DNA of 64,000 bases from NCBI GenBank assembly GCA_039715075.1, contig JBDLIC010000003.1, forward strand, positions 7-64,006, written 5' to 3'. The notes under the pieces are model-generated. The model was not told the DNA's origin. It saw nothing but the letters and a program-made list of their open reading frames with translations, and searched no databases. This DNA comes from Nitrospirota bacterium. Lineage in GTDB: Bacteria; Nitrospirota; Thermodesulfovibrionia; UBA6902. The position numbers were made by a program, and so were the translations under genes. Below are positions 8,840 through 19,122 of this stretch, piece after piece; the first letter of the stretch is position 1; each line of letters begins with the position of its first letter.

Positions 8840-10792
8840 CTAGCACTTAAAAAACAACACACTCAGCGGGGGTAATGTCAGGTGAAGAGAAAAGTCCCTC
8901 CCCTGACCAGGCTCTGATGAAGCTTCAACCCCGCCGGAATTGCCCTTGCCGCTGCCTGCATATATTTCAGCATCACTGTTGAGAATCTCTCTCCAGAAAC
9001 CTCCCCTCGGAACGCCTACTACATAGTTGTCCCGTACAACCGGAGTGAAATTGCAGACCACAAGAATGATTTCATTAGAGTCCCTGTCTTTCCTGATATA
9101 GCTTATCGTGCTTCCTTCCCAATCATGAGAATCTATCCATTCAAAACCATCCTGAGAAAAATCAAGGTCGTATAACGCCTTCTCACTTCTGTAGAGGTGG
9201 TTCAGGTCCTGAAGCCATTTTTGTACCCCCTTATGAAAAGGATACTCAAGGACATGCCACTCCAGACTTTCTTCATGGTTCCACTCTTTCCATTGTGCAA
9301 GTTCGGCCCCCATAAAGAGGAGTTTTTTGCCGGGATGGCTGTACATATATCCTAACAGGATCCTGAGGTTTGCAGAGCTCTGCCATTCATCACCCGGCAT
9401 TTTTCCGATAAGGGCCCCCTTACCATGGACTACTTCATCATGAGAGAGGGGGAGTGCAAAGTTTTCTGAAAAGGAGTACCAGATGCTGAATGTCAGCTGG
9501 TCATGGTTGTACTTCTTAAACAGGGGGTCCTTTGACATATATTTAAGGGTATCATGCATCCATCCCATATTCCATTTCATCCCGAATCCGAGTCCGCCGA
9601 CATATGTCGGCTTTGAAACCATCGGCCAGGCAGTTGATTCCTCGGCTATGGTCTGGACATCCGGATGTGCCATATAGATAGCTTCGTTAAGTTTCTTAAG
9701 AAAGCTTATTGCGTCCAGATCTTCTTTCCCGCCGTACTTGTTCGGTGTCCAGTCTCCGTCTTCCCTGGCATAATCCAGATAAAGCATTGATGCAACTGCA
9801 TCGACCCTGAAACCGTCAAGATGGTATTTATCGAGCCAGAACAGTGCGCTGCTGATCAGAAAATTTCTTACTTCATTTCTGCCGTAATTAAAAATATAAC
9901 TGTTCCATTCAGGGTGGTACCCTTTTTGAGGATCTTCGTGTTCATACAGATAGGAGCCGTCAAAATAGGAAAGACCGTGCTGGTCTGAGGGGAAGTGTGA
10001 CGGTACCCAGTCCAGAATGACACCGATGCCGTTCTGATGAAGGTGGTCGATCATATACATAAAGTCCTCGGGTGTTCCGTATCTGCTCGTGGGTGCAAAA
10101 TATCCTGTTGTCTGGTATCCCCATGAGCCGTAAAACGGGTGCTCTGTGACCGGCATCAGTTCAATATGGGTAAATCCCATTTCCTTTACATAATCGGCGA
10201 GTTGATGTGCCAGTTCCCTGTAAGTGAGATACCTGTTGTCCTCTTCAGGAACACGCCGCCAGGAACCGAGGTGTACTTCATATATGGACCAGGGGGCATT
10301 CAGGGAATTATTATTATGCCTGTTTGCCATCCACTCCCCGTCATCCCACTTATAATCCAGGTCCCATACGACCGAGGCTGTTTTCGGGGCCCTCTCCCAG
10401 CGCAGTGCATATGGGTCTCCCTTGTCGACCGTGTAATCATTGTATCGTGAGGCAATGTGGTATTTATAAACAGTGCCTTTTTTTATCCCAGGTATGAAAC
10501 CTTCCCACAACCCTGACTGGTCCCACCGGGCTGCGAGCTCGTGGGTCTCCCTGTTCCAGCCGTTAAAATCTCCAATGACAAATACTTTTTCCGCATTCGG
10601 CGCCCAGAGGGCAAAATACGTTCCCTCCTGCCCATTGATGGTCATTGTACGGGACCCGAGCTTGTCGTACAGATTAAAGTGGTTCCCCTCTTTAAAGAGA
10701 TAGATGTCGTGGTCTGTAAAAAGGCTTACGTCATGTCTTACCATGATTTTCTCAGTCTCTTTCATATTTGTGGATGAATTATTGTTGTTCAA
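8840..10792 (-). CDS. glgB: 1,4-alpha-glucan branching enzyme (GH13)
   Basis: Full-length GlgB-like: DGFRVDAVASMLY, HPFYGSWGYQ, LSHDEVVHGK. Confidence 0.92.
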   Translation of the reverse strand: MNNNNSSTNMKETEKIMVRHDVSLFTDHDIYLFKEGNHFNLYDKLGSRTMTINGQEGTYFALWAPNAEKVFVIGDFNGWNRETHELAARWDQSGLWEGFIPGIKKGTVYKYHIASRYNDYTVDKGDPYALRWERAPKTASVVWDLDYKWDDGEWMANRHNNNSLNAPWSIYEVHLGSWRRVPEEDNRYLTYRELAHQLADYVKEMGFTHIELMPVTEHPFYGSWGYQTTGYFAPTSRYGTPEDFMYMIDHLHQNGIGVILDWVPSHFPSDQHGLSYFDGSYLYEHEDPQKGYHPEWNSYIFNYGRNEVRNFLISSALFWLDKYHLDGFRVDAVASMLYLDYAREDGDWTPNKYGGKEDLDAISFLKKLNEAIYMAHPDVQTIAEESTAWPMVSKPTYVGGLGFGMKWNMGWMHDTLKYMSKDPLFKKYNHDQLTFSIWYSFSENFALPLSHDEVVHGKGALIGKMPGDEWQSSANLRILLGYMYSHPGKKLLFMGAELAQWKEWNHEESLEWHVLEYPFHKGVQKWLQDLNHLYRSEKALYDLDFSQDGFEWIDSHDWEGSTISYIRKDRDSNEIILVVCNFTPVVRDNYVVGVPRGGFWREILNSDAEIYAGSGKGNSGGVEASSEPGQGRDFSLHLTLPPLSVLFFKC

Positions 10793-11063
10793 AACTTCTG
10801 TCTCCCTTACAGTACCTCATTAAGACGACTGTTTGTAACTATACATAATATAGAAAAACATTAAATTCGTAAAGCAGTAAATTTCTGAAAAAGAAACAGG
10901 TTACGTGAATTGGTCTGAAAAAGTCAAATCTTTCTGTCAGGCTTTGTCTGTTTTGGATGATTTTCAATGAATTTCTAAAGTTTTTTCCGGCCTTGGGTCG
11001 ATAGGTTTTAATATAAACTATTTCCTGAAAATAGTTTAAATTTAATATGTTGGGGAAAACTTT

Positions 11064-11234
11064 ATGGATGTACTTGAGAGTTTTGTCAAGGATGTAATCA
11101 CACTTCCGTCTTTACCGGCTATTGCGCTCAGGATAATCAGGGAAGTAAAAAAGAACAAGTTTTCGATAGGGAAACTTGCGGACATAATTTCTGTTGACCC
11201 GTCACTTACCGTAAAAGTGCTGACATATTTGTGA
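11064..11234 (+). pseudogene. 5-prime fragment of an HDOD-domain gene (56 codons)
   Basis: MDVLESFVKDVITLPSLPAIALRIIREV...ADIISVDPSLTVKVLTYL matches the start of the HDOD domain, then stops; the rest of the domain is absent. Confidence 0.6.
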
Positions 11235-11280
11235 CTTCCCTGTTAATGGATGCAGGTGTTTTAACCATGTAACTCAGCAA

Positions 11281-11366
11281 GCGCGGAAGTTCGGAAGCGC
11301 GGAAGTTTAAAGATAGCAAAGGTGACCCAAAGGGTCGCTTTTTTTTAACTTCCGCGCTTCCGAACT
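11281..11366. repeat. Nested-palindrome repeat element, copy 2
   Basis: gcgcggaagttcggaagcgcggaagttt...ggtgaccc-aaa-gggtcgc + T-run...aacttccgcgcttccgaac; homologous to 4694..4781. Confidence 0.85.
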
Positions 11367-11486
11367 TATAAATAACGCTTTCCTTATAACAGGGTAAAGT
11401 TGTAAAATGTGTTCTGAATCCCCGCGAAAGCGCATTGCGATAGTCTTTTCGGATAAAAGGGATATTGATCGGAATGGAGATGATTA

Positions 11487-12914
11487 ATGCAATATGAAGT
11501 GGTTATAGGCCTGGAAATTCATTCGCAGTTATTGACAGATACGAAGATATTTTGCGGCTGTTCTACAAAGTTTGGTTCTGAACCTAATACACAGACCTGC
11601 CCTGTATGTATCGGCATGCCGGGTGTTTTGCCGGTAATGAACAGGAAGGCTGTAGAGTATGTTGTGAGGACAGGACTCTCAACAAATTGCAGCATTTCAT
11701 CATACAGTCGTTTTGCAAGAAAGAACTATTTTTATCCTGATCTCCCGAAGGGCTACCAGATAAGCCAGTATGAACTGCCTCTCTGTGAGCAGGGGAGTGT
11801 TGATATAAACATTGACGGCAGCACAAGGAAGATAGGCCTGACCAGGATTCACCTGGAAGAAGATGCCGGGAAGAACATACATCAGGACAGCGGCAGTGAA
11901 AGCCTTGTTGACCTTAACAGGGCAGGGGTGCCTTTAATGGAAATTGTGACCGAGCCTGACATCAGGACCCCCCGGGAAGCTGTGGAGTTTATGAAAAAGC
12001 TGAGAATCATAGTGCGTGACATAGGTGTATGCGACGGAAATATGGAACAGGGGTCTTTAAGGTGTGACGCGAATATTTCTGTCAGGCCTGAAGGACAGCA
12101 GGAGTTAGGCACAAAAACAGAGATAAAAAATATGAACTCCTTCAGGTTTGTTGAGAAGGCGCTTGATTATGAGATAAAACGGCAGATCAAGGTCCTTGGC
12201 GAAGGCGGCAGGATTGTTCAGGAGACAAGACTCTGGAATTCAGAAAAGGGAATTACTGAATCAATGCGGTCAAAAGAGGAAGCGCATGACTACAGGTATT
12301 TCCCTGACCCTGACCTCATGCCAATCGAATTTGAGAAATCACTGATAGAAACAATCAGGGAAAGTATCGGGGAACTTCCTGACGCCAGGCGGGAAAGGTT
12401 TATAAAAGAGCATCAGCTTCCGGAACAGGATGCTGACCTTATTGCCATTAACAAATCCTCCTCTGATTTTTTTGATGAAGCTGTAGGACTTGGTGGAAAT
12501 CCAATCAGTTTAAGCAACTGGATGAAGGGAGAATTTGCAAAGTCACTTAATGAAGAAAATAAGTCGATCGAAGACAGCTTAATAAAACCCGGACATCTTG
12601 TTGACATGCTGAAACTGATTGACAAAGGGACCATTAGTGGAAAGCTTGCAAAAATAGTATTTGAAGAAATGTACAGGACGGGTAAGAATGCGGAGGAAAT
12701 TGTCAAAGAAAAAGGACTCGTCCAGATAAGTGATGAAGCAGGCATTGGAACAATAGTTGACGAAATAATAAATAAGAATCCTGAAGCAGTTGAGCGGTTT
12801 AAGGCAGGAGAGGCAAAACTGATGGGCTTTTTTGTAGGGCAGGTAATGAAAGAGACCAGAGGCAAGGCCAATCCGAAGATTGTGAATGAGCTGCTGAGGA
12901 CGAAACTTGGGTAA
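11487..12914 (+). CDS. gatB: Asp-tRNA(Asn)/Glu-tRNA(Gln) amidotransferase subunit B
   Basis: MQYEVVIGLEIHSQL..., full-length GatB-like. Confidence 0.93.
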   Translation: MQYEVVIGLEIHSQLLTDTKIFCGCSTKFGSEPNTQTCPVCIGMPGVLPVMNRKAVEYVVRTGLSTNCSISSYSRFARKNYFYPDLPKGYQISQYELPLCEQGSVDINIDGSTRKIGLTRIHLEEDAGKNIHQDSGSESLVDLNRAGVPLMEIVTEPDIRTPREAVEFMKKLRIIVRDIGVCDGNMEQGSLRCDANISVRPEGQQELGTKTEIKNMNSFRFVEKALDYEIKRQIKVLGEGGRIVQETRLWNSEKGITESMRSKEEAHDYRYFPDPDLMPIEFEKSLIETIRESIGELPDARRERFIKEHQLPEQDADLIAINKSSSDFFDEAVGLGGNPISLSNWMKGEFAKSLNEENKSIEDSLIKPGHLVDMLKLIDKGTISGKLAKIVFEEMYRTGKNAEEIVKEKGLVQISDEAGIGTIVDEIINKNPEAVERFKAGEAKLMGFFVGQVMKETRGKANPKIVNELLRTKLG

Positions 12915-12948
12915 ATTACGAATTACGAATTATAAATTATAAATTATG
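12914..12948. repeat. Heptamer tandem repeat (aattacg x2, aattata x2, aattatg)
   Basis: Five head-to-tail 7-nt units starting in the gatB stop codon. Confidence 0.9.
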
Positions 12949-12970
12949 TTTTTTCTGCCGAATATATACT

Positions 12971-14338
12971 ATGGAAAAAATTCTCATTGTAGAAGATAAA
13001 GACTCTCTGGCACAGATGCTGAAGGAGACCCTGGAGCTCGGGGGATATGAGGTTGTAACTGCAAGTGACGGGGCTGAAGGGATCGAGAGGGTAAAGGACA
13101 GTAAGGCTGACGTTGTAATTACTGACATGAAACTGCCCAAGAAGAACGGGCTTGAAGTACTGAAGGCATCGAAAAATGAGAACCCCCTTGTACCAGTAAT
13201 CGTAATGACAGCGTTTGGATCTGTTGAGACTGCCGTTAATGCCATGAAACTTGGTGCCTATGATTTTATTACAAAACCGCTTGACACAGACTACCTGCAG
13301 CTGCTCATTCAGAGATCAGTTAAAAACCAGAGGATTGTTACGGAAAACCTCCTTTTAAAGGATATGCTGTCCCAGCGGGTAGGTATGCCCGACATTATAG
13401 GAAAAAGCCCTAAAATGATCGAGGTTGCCGAGAACATCCGGAAGGTTTCCGCCACCCGAACGAGTGTACTGCTGCTGGGTGAATCAGGTACTGGTAAGGA
13501 ACTCTTTGCAAGGGCTGTGCATGATTTAAGTCCAAGAAAGGACTACCCCTTTGTCCCGATAAACTGTGCTGCGATACCCAGGGAATTGCTGGAGTCTGAA
13601 CTCTTTGGCCATGAAAAGGGTGCATTTACCGGTGCAGGGGAGAGAAAACTTGGTAAACTGGAACTTGCTGACAAGGGCACGATGTTCCTGGATGAGATTG
13701 GTGAAATGGACATGTCATTACAGGCGAAAATACTAAGGGCCATCCAGGAGGGAGAAATTGACAGGGTCGGAGGAACAAATTCGGTCAAGATAGACATTCG
13801 GATAATTGCTGCCAGCAACAGGGACCTTGAGGCTGCAGCGGCTGATAAAACTTTCAGGGAAGACCTGTACTACAGGCTGAGTGTTTTTCCGATTTCACTG
13901 CCTCCTCTCAGGGAGAGAAAAGAAGATATTCCTGCGCTGGTTGAGCACTTTATAAGCAAATATTCTTTAGAGATGAATATAGCGCACAAAACAATAAGCC
14001 CGGAGGCTGTAGACCTTTTGATGAGTTATACGTGGAAAGGGAATATACGGGAGATTGAAAACGTGATTGAAAGGGCGCTCATCCTGTGTGAAGGAGACAT
14101 TATAACAAAAAATGAATTAAGGTTGAATCCCATTGCTTCATCTGAAGGGCAGTCTATGGACAGTGACCTGACCGGAACTCTTGATGAAGTTGCAAAGGCT
14201 GCCCTGAAATCAGCAGAGTCCCGGAGAATAAGAAAGGCGCTTGAAGATACTCACGGTAATAAGACAAAAGCAGCGGAAATGCTTAAAGTCAGTTATAAGA
14301 CACTGCTGACGAAGATCAAGGATTACAGGATAGGATAA
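12971..14338 (+). CDS. Sigma54-dependent response regulator (NtrC/AtoC family)
   Basis: REC domain (DMKLP), AAA+ GESGTGKE, GAFTGA motif, C-terminal Fis-type HTH. Confidence 0.9.
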   Translation: MEKILIVEDKDSLAQMLKETLELGGYEVVTASDGAEGIERVKDSKADVVITDMKLPKKNGLEVLKASKNENPLVPVIVMTAFGSVETAVNAMKLGAYDFITKPLDTDYLQLLIQRSVKNQRIVTENLLLKDMLSQRVGMPDIIGKSPKMIEVAENIRKVSATRTSVLLLGESGTGKELFARAVHDLSPRKDYPFVPINCAAIPRELLESELFGHEKGAFTGAGERKLGKLELADKGTMFLDEIGEMDMSLQAKILRAIQEGEIDRVGGTNSVKIDIRIIAASNRDLEAAAADKTFREDLYYRLSVFPISLPPLRERKEDIPALVEHFISKYSLEMNIAHKTISPEAVDLLMSYTWKGNIREIENVIERALILCEGDIITKNELRLNPIASSEGQSMDSDLTGTLDEVAKAALKSAESRRIRKALEDTHGNKTKAAEMLKVSYKTLLTKIKDYRIG

Positions 14339-14450
14339 GAAGTAAGTGAGAAATGAGAAATAAGAAGTGAAAAATGGGAAGTAGATGTTTCAAGAGAGCT
14401 ATAGCCGGTTATTTTTTATTTCTAATTTCTGATTTCTTACTTCTCATTTC
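14339..14450. repeat. Long imperfect palindrome built from purine-rich 7-nt words
   Basis: Left arm agaagtaagtgagaaatgagaaataagaagtgaaaaa; right arm ttttttatttctaatttctgatttcttacttctcatttc. Confidence 0.8.
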
Positions 14451-14453
14451 ATA

Positions 14454-15317
14454 ATGTGGATCGTACTTTCCCTCTTAACCGCAATTTCCCTGGCAACGAG
14501 TGATGCTTTGACAAAAAAAGCCCTTGTCACAAGGGATGAATATTTTGTGGCATGGGTCAGGTTGATATTTGCCCTTCCCCTGCTGTTATTAAGTATGCTT
14601 TTTGTAGAAGTACCATCGCTTGATAAAACTTTCTGGCTTGCAACTATATGTGCCCTGCCGCTGGAGATGGCAGCCATAGTCCTGTATACAAAGGCCTTGA
14701 AGGTTTCGCCCATAAGTCTCGCCATGCCGTTTCTCGCGCTGACTCCTCTTTTCCTGATATTTACCTCAAGCATCATTCTTGGCGAGGGGGTCTCTGTTTA
14801 CGGCGGGGCAGGCATACTGCTTATGGCGATCGGCAGTTATTCTTTAAATATTCATATGATCAGCAAAAATGTCCTGGAACCTGTGAAGGCAATATTCAGG
14901 GAAAAGGGCTGTGTAATGATGATTGCCGTGGCTTTTATCTTCAGTATTACGGCTTCACTTGGGAAAGTTGCTATTGAACATTCATCGCCGGTTTTCTTTG
15001 GAGGGTTTTATTTTGTACTTGTAACGATCCTTTTTACCCCGATTGCCTTGAAAATGAACAGGGGCAGGATCAATATAAAAAAGAAGGATGTTATCCCCCT
15101 GGCGTTGATTGGAATTACTTTTTCCCTGATGATTATTTTTCATAATCTTGCGGTGAGCATGAGCAATGTTGCTTACATGATCTCAATAAAAAGGACGAGT
15201 CTTCTCTTCAGTATTGCCTACGGGCATTACCTGTTTAAAGAAGAGAGAATAACCGAAAAAACATTTGGCAGTATAATAATGCTTGCCGGATTTGTACTCA
15301 TTGTCCTGGGTAAATAA
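14454..15317 (+). CDS. EamA/DMT-family transporter
   Basis: About 10 TM segments in two halves, typical EamA length. Confidence 0.7.
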   Translation: MWIVLSLLTAISLATSDALTKKALVTRDEYFVAWVRLIFALPLLLLSMLFVEVPSLDKTFWLATICALPLEMAAIVLYTKALKVSPISLAMPFLALTPLFLIFTSSIILGEGVSVYGGAGILLMAIGSYSLNIHMISKNVLEPVKAIFREKGCVMMIAVAFIFSITASLGKVAIEHSSPVFFGGFYFVLVTILFTPIALKMNRGRINIKKKDVIPLALIGITFSLMIIFHNLAVSMSNVAYMISIKRTSLLFSIAYGHYLFKEERITEKTFGSIIMLAGFVLIVLGK

Positions 15318-15443
15318 TGAGCTGAAACTGCTATGGCTCCAGCCGTTTCAGCTGTTCCATCGGTTTAAATGTCCGGGATTATCTCTGCACCCTTGGCTTT
15401 CCAAATTGAAATATGTTAACCTTATTTGTAGGAGATAAATTAC

Positions 15444-17351
15444 TTGTATAGAAGCATAGCCATATGGGTCCTCTTCGGTTTAATGATGATTCTTGTCTTC
15501 AATCTTCTTGAGACATCAAAGCCGAATGAAGAGATGATTTTTTCAGATTTCAGTGCGAAACTGAGCCAGGGCGAAGTTGCGGAAGTAACGATAACAAAGC
15601 CTGAGAATGCCATCGAAGGGACAATGAAAAACGGTGTAAAGTTTAAGACCTACGCCCCCGAATATCCTGATCTTGTAAAAGAGTTGAGAGCAAAGGGAGT
15701 AAGGATAGCCGCAAGACCTGATCACACTCCATGGTACATGAGTGTGCTTTTTAATTTCGGCCCGATTGTACTTCTCGTGCTGTTATGGGTCTTCTTTATG
15801 AGGCAGATGCAGTCAGGAGGAAACAAGGCCCTTTCCTTTGGAAGAAGCAAGGCAAAGCTTGTTTCGGAAAAAGGGATCAAGATTACATTTAAAGATGTAG
15901 CAGGGATTGAAGAGGCAAAAGAAGAAGTCCAGGAAATAATTGATTTTTTAAAAGATCCTCAGAAGTTCCAGAAACTGGGAGGTAAGATTCCAAAAGGAGT
16001 CATGCTTGTCGGTCCTCCGGGTGCCGGAAAAACATTGCTGGCCAAAGCAATCGCCGGTGAGGCGGGTGTTCCTTTCTTTTCTATCAGCGGTTCCGATTTT
16101 GTAGAGATGTTCGTTGGTGTGGGCGCCTCCAGAGTGAGAGACCTTTTTGAACAGGCGAAAAAGAATTCACCATGTATTATTTTCATCGATGAAATAGATG
16201 CTGTGGGCCGTCACAGGGGAGCAGGGCTTGGAGGCGGACATGATGAGCGTGAACAGACGCTTAACCAGCTTCTGGTTGAGCTGGACGGTTTTACCCAGAA
16301 CGAGGGTACTATAGTAATCGCTGCAACCAACAGGCCTGATGTTCTGGATCCAGCGCTTCTGAGGCCCGGAAGGTTTGACAGGCAGGTCATCGTCCCTCAC
16401 CCGGACGTTAAAGGCAGGCTTGAGATAATTAAAGTCCATATAAAAAATATTCCCATTGATGATGATGTGAAATTTGAAGTCCTTGCCAGGGGTACTCCCG
16501 GCTTTTCCGGAGCGGACCTTGCCAATCTTATTAATGAAGCGGCGTTGCTTGCAGCGAAACAGTCGAAAAGCAAGGTTGAGATGTCTGACTTTGAAAGCTC
16601 CAAGGACAAGGTCATGATGGGCAAGGAAAGAAAGAGCATGATCATCTCTGAAGACGAGAAGCTTAATACAGCCCATCATGAAGCCGGTCATGCACTCGTT
16701 GCAATGCTTACTCCCGGGACCGACCCTCTTCACAAGGTAAGTATCATACCGAGAGGAATGGCGCTTGGTGTTACACAGCAGCTTCCTGTTGATGACAGAT
16801 ATACTCATTCAAGGGAGTTTATTCTTAACAGTCTGGCAGTCTTAATGGGAGGAAGGGCCGCAGAGGAAATCTCTCTGGGTCATTTAACTACCGGTGCAGG
16901 GAATGATCTGCAGAGGGCAACTGACCTTGCAAGGAAAATGGTCTGCGAGTGGGGGATGAGTGAAAAGCTTGGACCTCTGACATTTGGGAAACGGGAAGAG
17001 CAGGTTTTTCTCGGCAAGGATATTACAAAGTCTAAAGATTATTCTGAAAAAACTGCAGAAGCAATTGATGATGAGATTAGGGTAATTGTCGGTGAGAGAT
17101 ATGAATATGCAAAAAAACTTCTTCTTGATAACAGGAATTCCTTAAATAATATTGCGCAGGCACTTCTTGATCTGGAAACACTCGACGCTTCCGAGATAAA
17201 AGACATAATAGCAGGTAAAGATATCAGCCGTAAAATTGACAGCAATGACAAGCCCGAGCCGGCTGAGAAAGAAAAAGATAAAGACGACAAGGATCCAGAT
17301 AAAGTTGCTTTAGATAAAAACATCAATCCCTCTCCTGAAACATCATCTTGA
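15444..17351 (+). CDS. ftsH: ATP-dependent zinc metalloprotease FtsH
   Basis: Walker [12 protein letters not shown] region, HEAGH zinc motif; TTG start as in the ORF track. Confidence 0.93.
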   Translation: MYRSIAIWVLFGLMMILVFNLLETSKPNEEMIFSDFSAKLSQGEVAEVTITKPENAIEGTMKNGVKFKTYAPEYPDLVKELRAKGVRIAARPDHTPWYMSVLFNFGPIVLLVLLWVFFMRQMQSGGNKALSFGRSKAKLVSEKGIKITFKDVAGIEEAKEEVQEIIDFLKDPQKFQKLGGKIPKGVMLVGPPGAGKTLLAKAIAGEAGVPFFSISGSDFVEMFVGVGASRVRDLFEQAKKNSPCIIFIDEIDAVGRHRGAGLGGGHDEREQTLNQLLVELDGFTQNEGTIVIAATNRPDVLDPALLRPGRFDRQVIVPHPDVKGRLEIIKVHIKNIPIDDDVKFEVLARGTPGFSGADLANLINEAALLAAKQSKSKVEMSDFESSKDKVMMGKERKSMIISEDEKLNTAHHEAGHALVAMLTPGTDPLHKVSIIPRGMALGVTQQLPVDDRYTHSREFILNSLAVLMGGRAAEEISLGHLTTGAGNDLQRATDLARKMVCEWGMSEKLGPLTFGKREEQVFLGKDITKSKDYSEKTAEAIDDEIRVIVGERYEYAKKLLLDNRNSLNNIAQALLDLETLDASEIKDIIAGKDISRKIDSNDKPEPAEKEKDKDDKDPDKVALDKNINPSPETSS

Positions 17352-17368
17352 TTTCATAAAAAACTCCC

Positions 17369-18226
17369 GTGAAACTCACCTGGAAAAATCACTGCTTTGA
17401 CTTTTCCCAGAGGACCTATATTATGGGTATTCTGAATGTTACTCCTGATTCTTTTTCTGACGGCGGCAGCTTTTTATCTGAAAAGAGTGCGGTAGAACAG
17501 GCCCTCAGGATGCGGGATGAAGGGGCAGACATGATTGACATCGGTGGAGAATCAACCCGTCCGGGTGCTGAAAAGGTTTCTGTCAAAGAAGAAATAAAAC
17601 GTGTTGTTCCTGTTATCGAGGCGCTTGCAGAGAAAATAGAACTTCCCATATCAATTGACACATATAAAGCTGCTGTTGCGAAGGCCGCAATTTCTGCAGG
17701 GGCTTCTGTAATAAATGATATCAGCGGACTCAGGGTTGATCCTGATATGCCGGGGGTTGCTGCCAGGAACGAAGTTCCTGTCATTATAATGCATATAAAA
17801 GGTTCGCCTGAAAATATGCAGAAGGACCCATCCTATAAAGCGCTGATACCCGAAATCATGGACTATCTGTACGGGGGTATTGAAATTGCCAGAAAGGCCG
17901 GGATACCGGATAACATGATAATCATTGATCCCGGTATCGGATTCGGCAAGTCGGTTGAGCATAACCTTGAGATCATAAAACGGCTGAATGAGTTTTCAGG
18001 ATTTGATAAACCGATACTTTTGGGCCACTCACGAAAATCCTTTATCGGGAAAATCCTTAATGACCTTCCTGTTACGGAAAGAGTCGAAGGCACAGCTGCT
18101 GCTGCTGCGATAGGTATATTTAATGGGGCCAATATTGTGAGGGTGCATGATGTCAGGGAAATGGCCAGGGTGGCGAGAATTGCTGACAGTATAAAACGAG
18201 GTTTTTGGAAACAGCATACACCGTGA
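17369..18226 (+). CDS. folP: Dihydropteroate synthase
   Basis: GILNVTPDSFSDGG, DIGGESTRPG; conserved ftsH-folP adjacency; GTG start. Confidence 0.9.
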   Translation: MKLTWKNHCFDFSQRTYIMGILNVTPDSFSDGGSFLSEKSAVEQALRMRDEGADMIDIGGESTRPGAEKVSVKEEIKRVVPVIEALAEKIELPISIDTYKAAVAKAAISAGASVINDISGLRVDPDMPGVAARNEVPVIIMHIKGSPENMQKDPSYKALIPEIMDYLYGGIEIARKAGIPDNMIIIDPGIGFGKSVEHNLEIIKRLNEFSGFDKPILLGHSRKSFIGKILNDLPVTERVEGTAAAAAIGIFNGANIVRVHDVREMARVARIADSIKRGFWKQHTP

Positions 18227-18458
18227 AGATGCAATTCATTAGATCACTCATTGTAACTTAATGATTTTTAAGGTTTTAGTCTATACCATCGCCTGCCCTC
18301 AATAATGTCTTATAGAACTCTGAGAATTAAAGTTTTTTCGTTTTCCTACCGATAAATACTAAACAAATGTCTTAACAGGACGAATATAACTAAGAGAGAA
18401 TATTTATTAATTCAGATGAAATTAAAGAAATTTAGAGGTAACCTGCAAGGAGGGGAAC

Positions 18459-19043
18459 ATGAGAAATAAGTCGGGGGAGAAAGGTTTTACACTGGTTGAG
18501 CTGGCGATCGTGATGGTAATTATCGGTCTGCTGGTGGGGACTGTTTTGAAAGGGCAGGCGATGATTGACGATGCACGGATAAAAAGAGTAATAAATGACA
18601 TCAACGGGATAAGCGCTGCGTATTTTACATACCTGGACAGATATAATGCGATTCCCGGTGATGATTCTAATGCAAATGCCCGCTGGACAAATGTTGCTGA
18701 CGGAGGCGGGAATGGTTTGATAGGTGGAACTGAGACAACTCCTACCGGTGAATCTCTTGAAGCCTGGCAGGCATTGCGGTATGCAGGCCTTATTTCAGGT
18801 AACCCTGCCGCAACAGGTGCAACAGTTCTTCCGCGTCATCCATATGGAAACGGCATTGGCCTCGGTGATTTAGCTTTTACAGGCATAGGTACAAAAAATC
18901 GTATACTTATAGTTAGCATACCTGCGGAAACTGCCGAAATTATAGACATCAAATTTGATGATGGAATATTTAACTCCGGCACTGTTCAGTCAACAGCAGC
19001 TTATGCAGCGGATACAACAGTTGATCTCAGTTATGCATTATAA
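18459..19043 (+). CDS. Prepilin-type N-terminal cleavage/methylation protein (pilin or pseudopilin)
   Basis: KGFTLVELAIVMVIIGLL N-terminal motif; GGAGG RBS. Confidence 0.8.
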   Translation: MRNKSGEKGFTLVELAIVMVIIGLLVGTVLKGQAMIDDARIKRVINDINGISAAYFTYLDRYNAIPGDDSNANARWTNVADGGGNGLIGGTETTPTGESLEAWQALRYAGLISGNPAATGATVLPRHPYGNGIGLGDLAFTGIGTKNRILIVSIPAETAEIIDIKFDDGIFNSGTVQSTAAYAADTTVDLSYAL

Positions 19044-19122
19044 GTGATGGAGACTGTGAAGTTTACTTTGATGCCACAGACAGGTAGAAATTATTAGTGA
19101 TTACTAAAAAACTCAATTCTTT

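Noticed and set aside
15380-15410. Sigma54 promoter (ttggctttccaaattgaaa) upstream of ftsH
   Set aside because: The GG to TTG spacing is one nt off the -24/-12 consensus, and the GC of the -12 box is absent.
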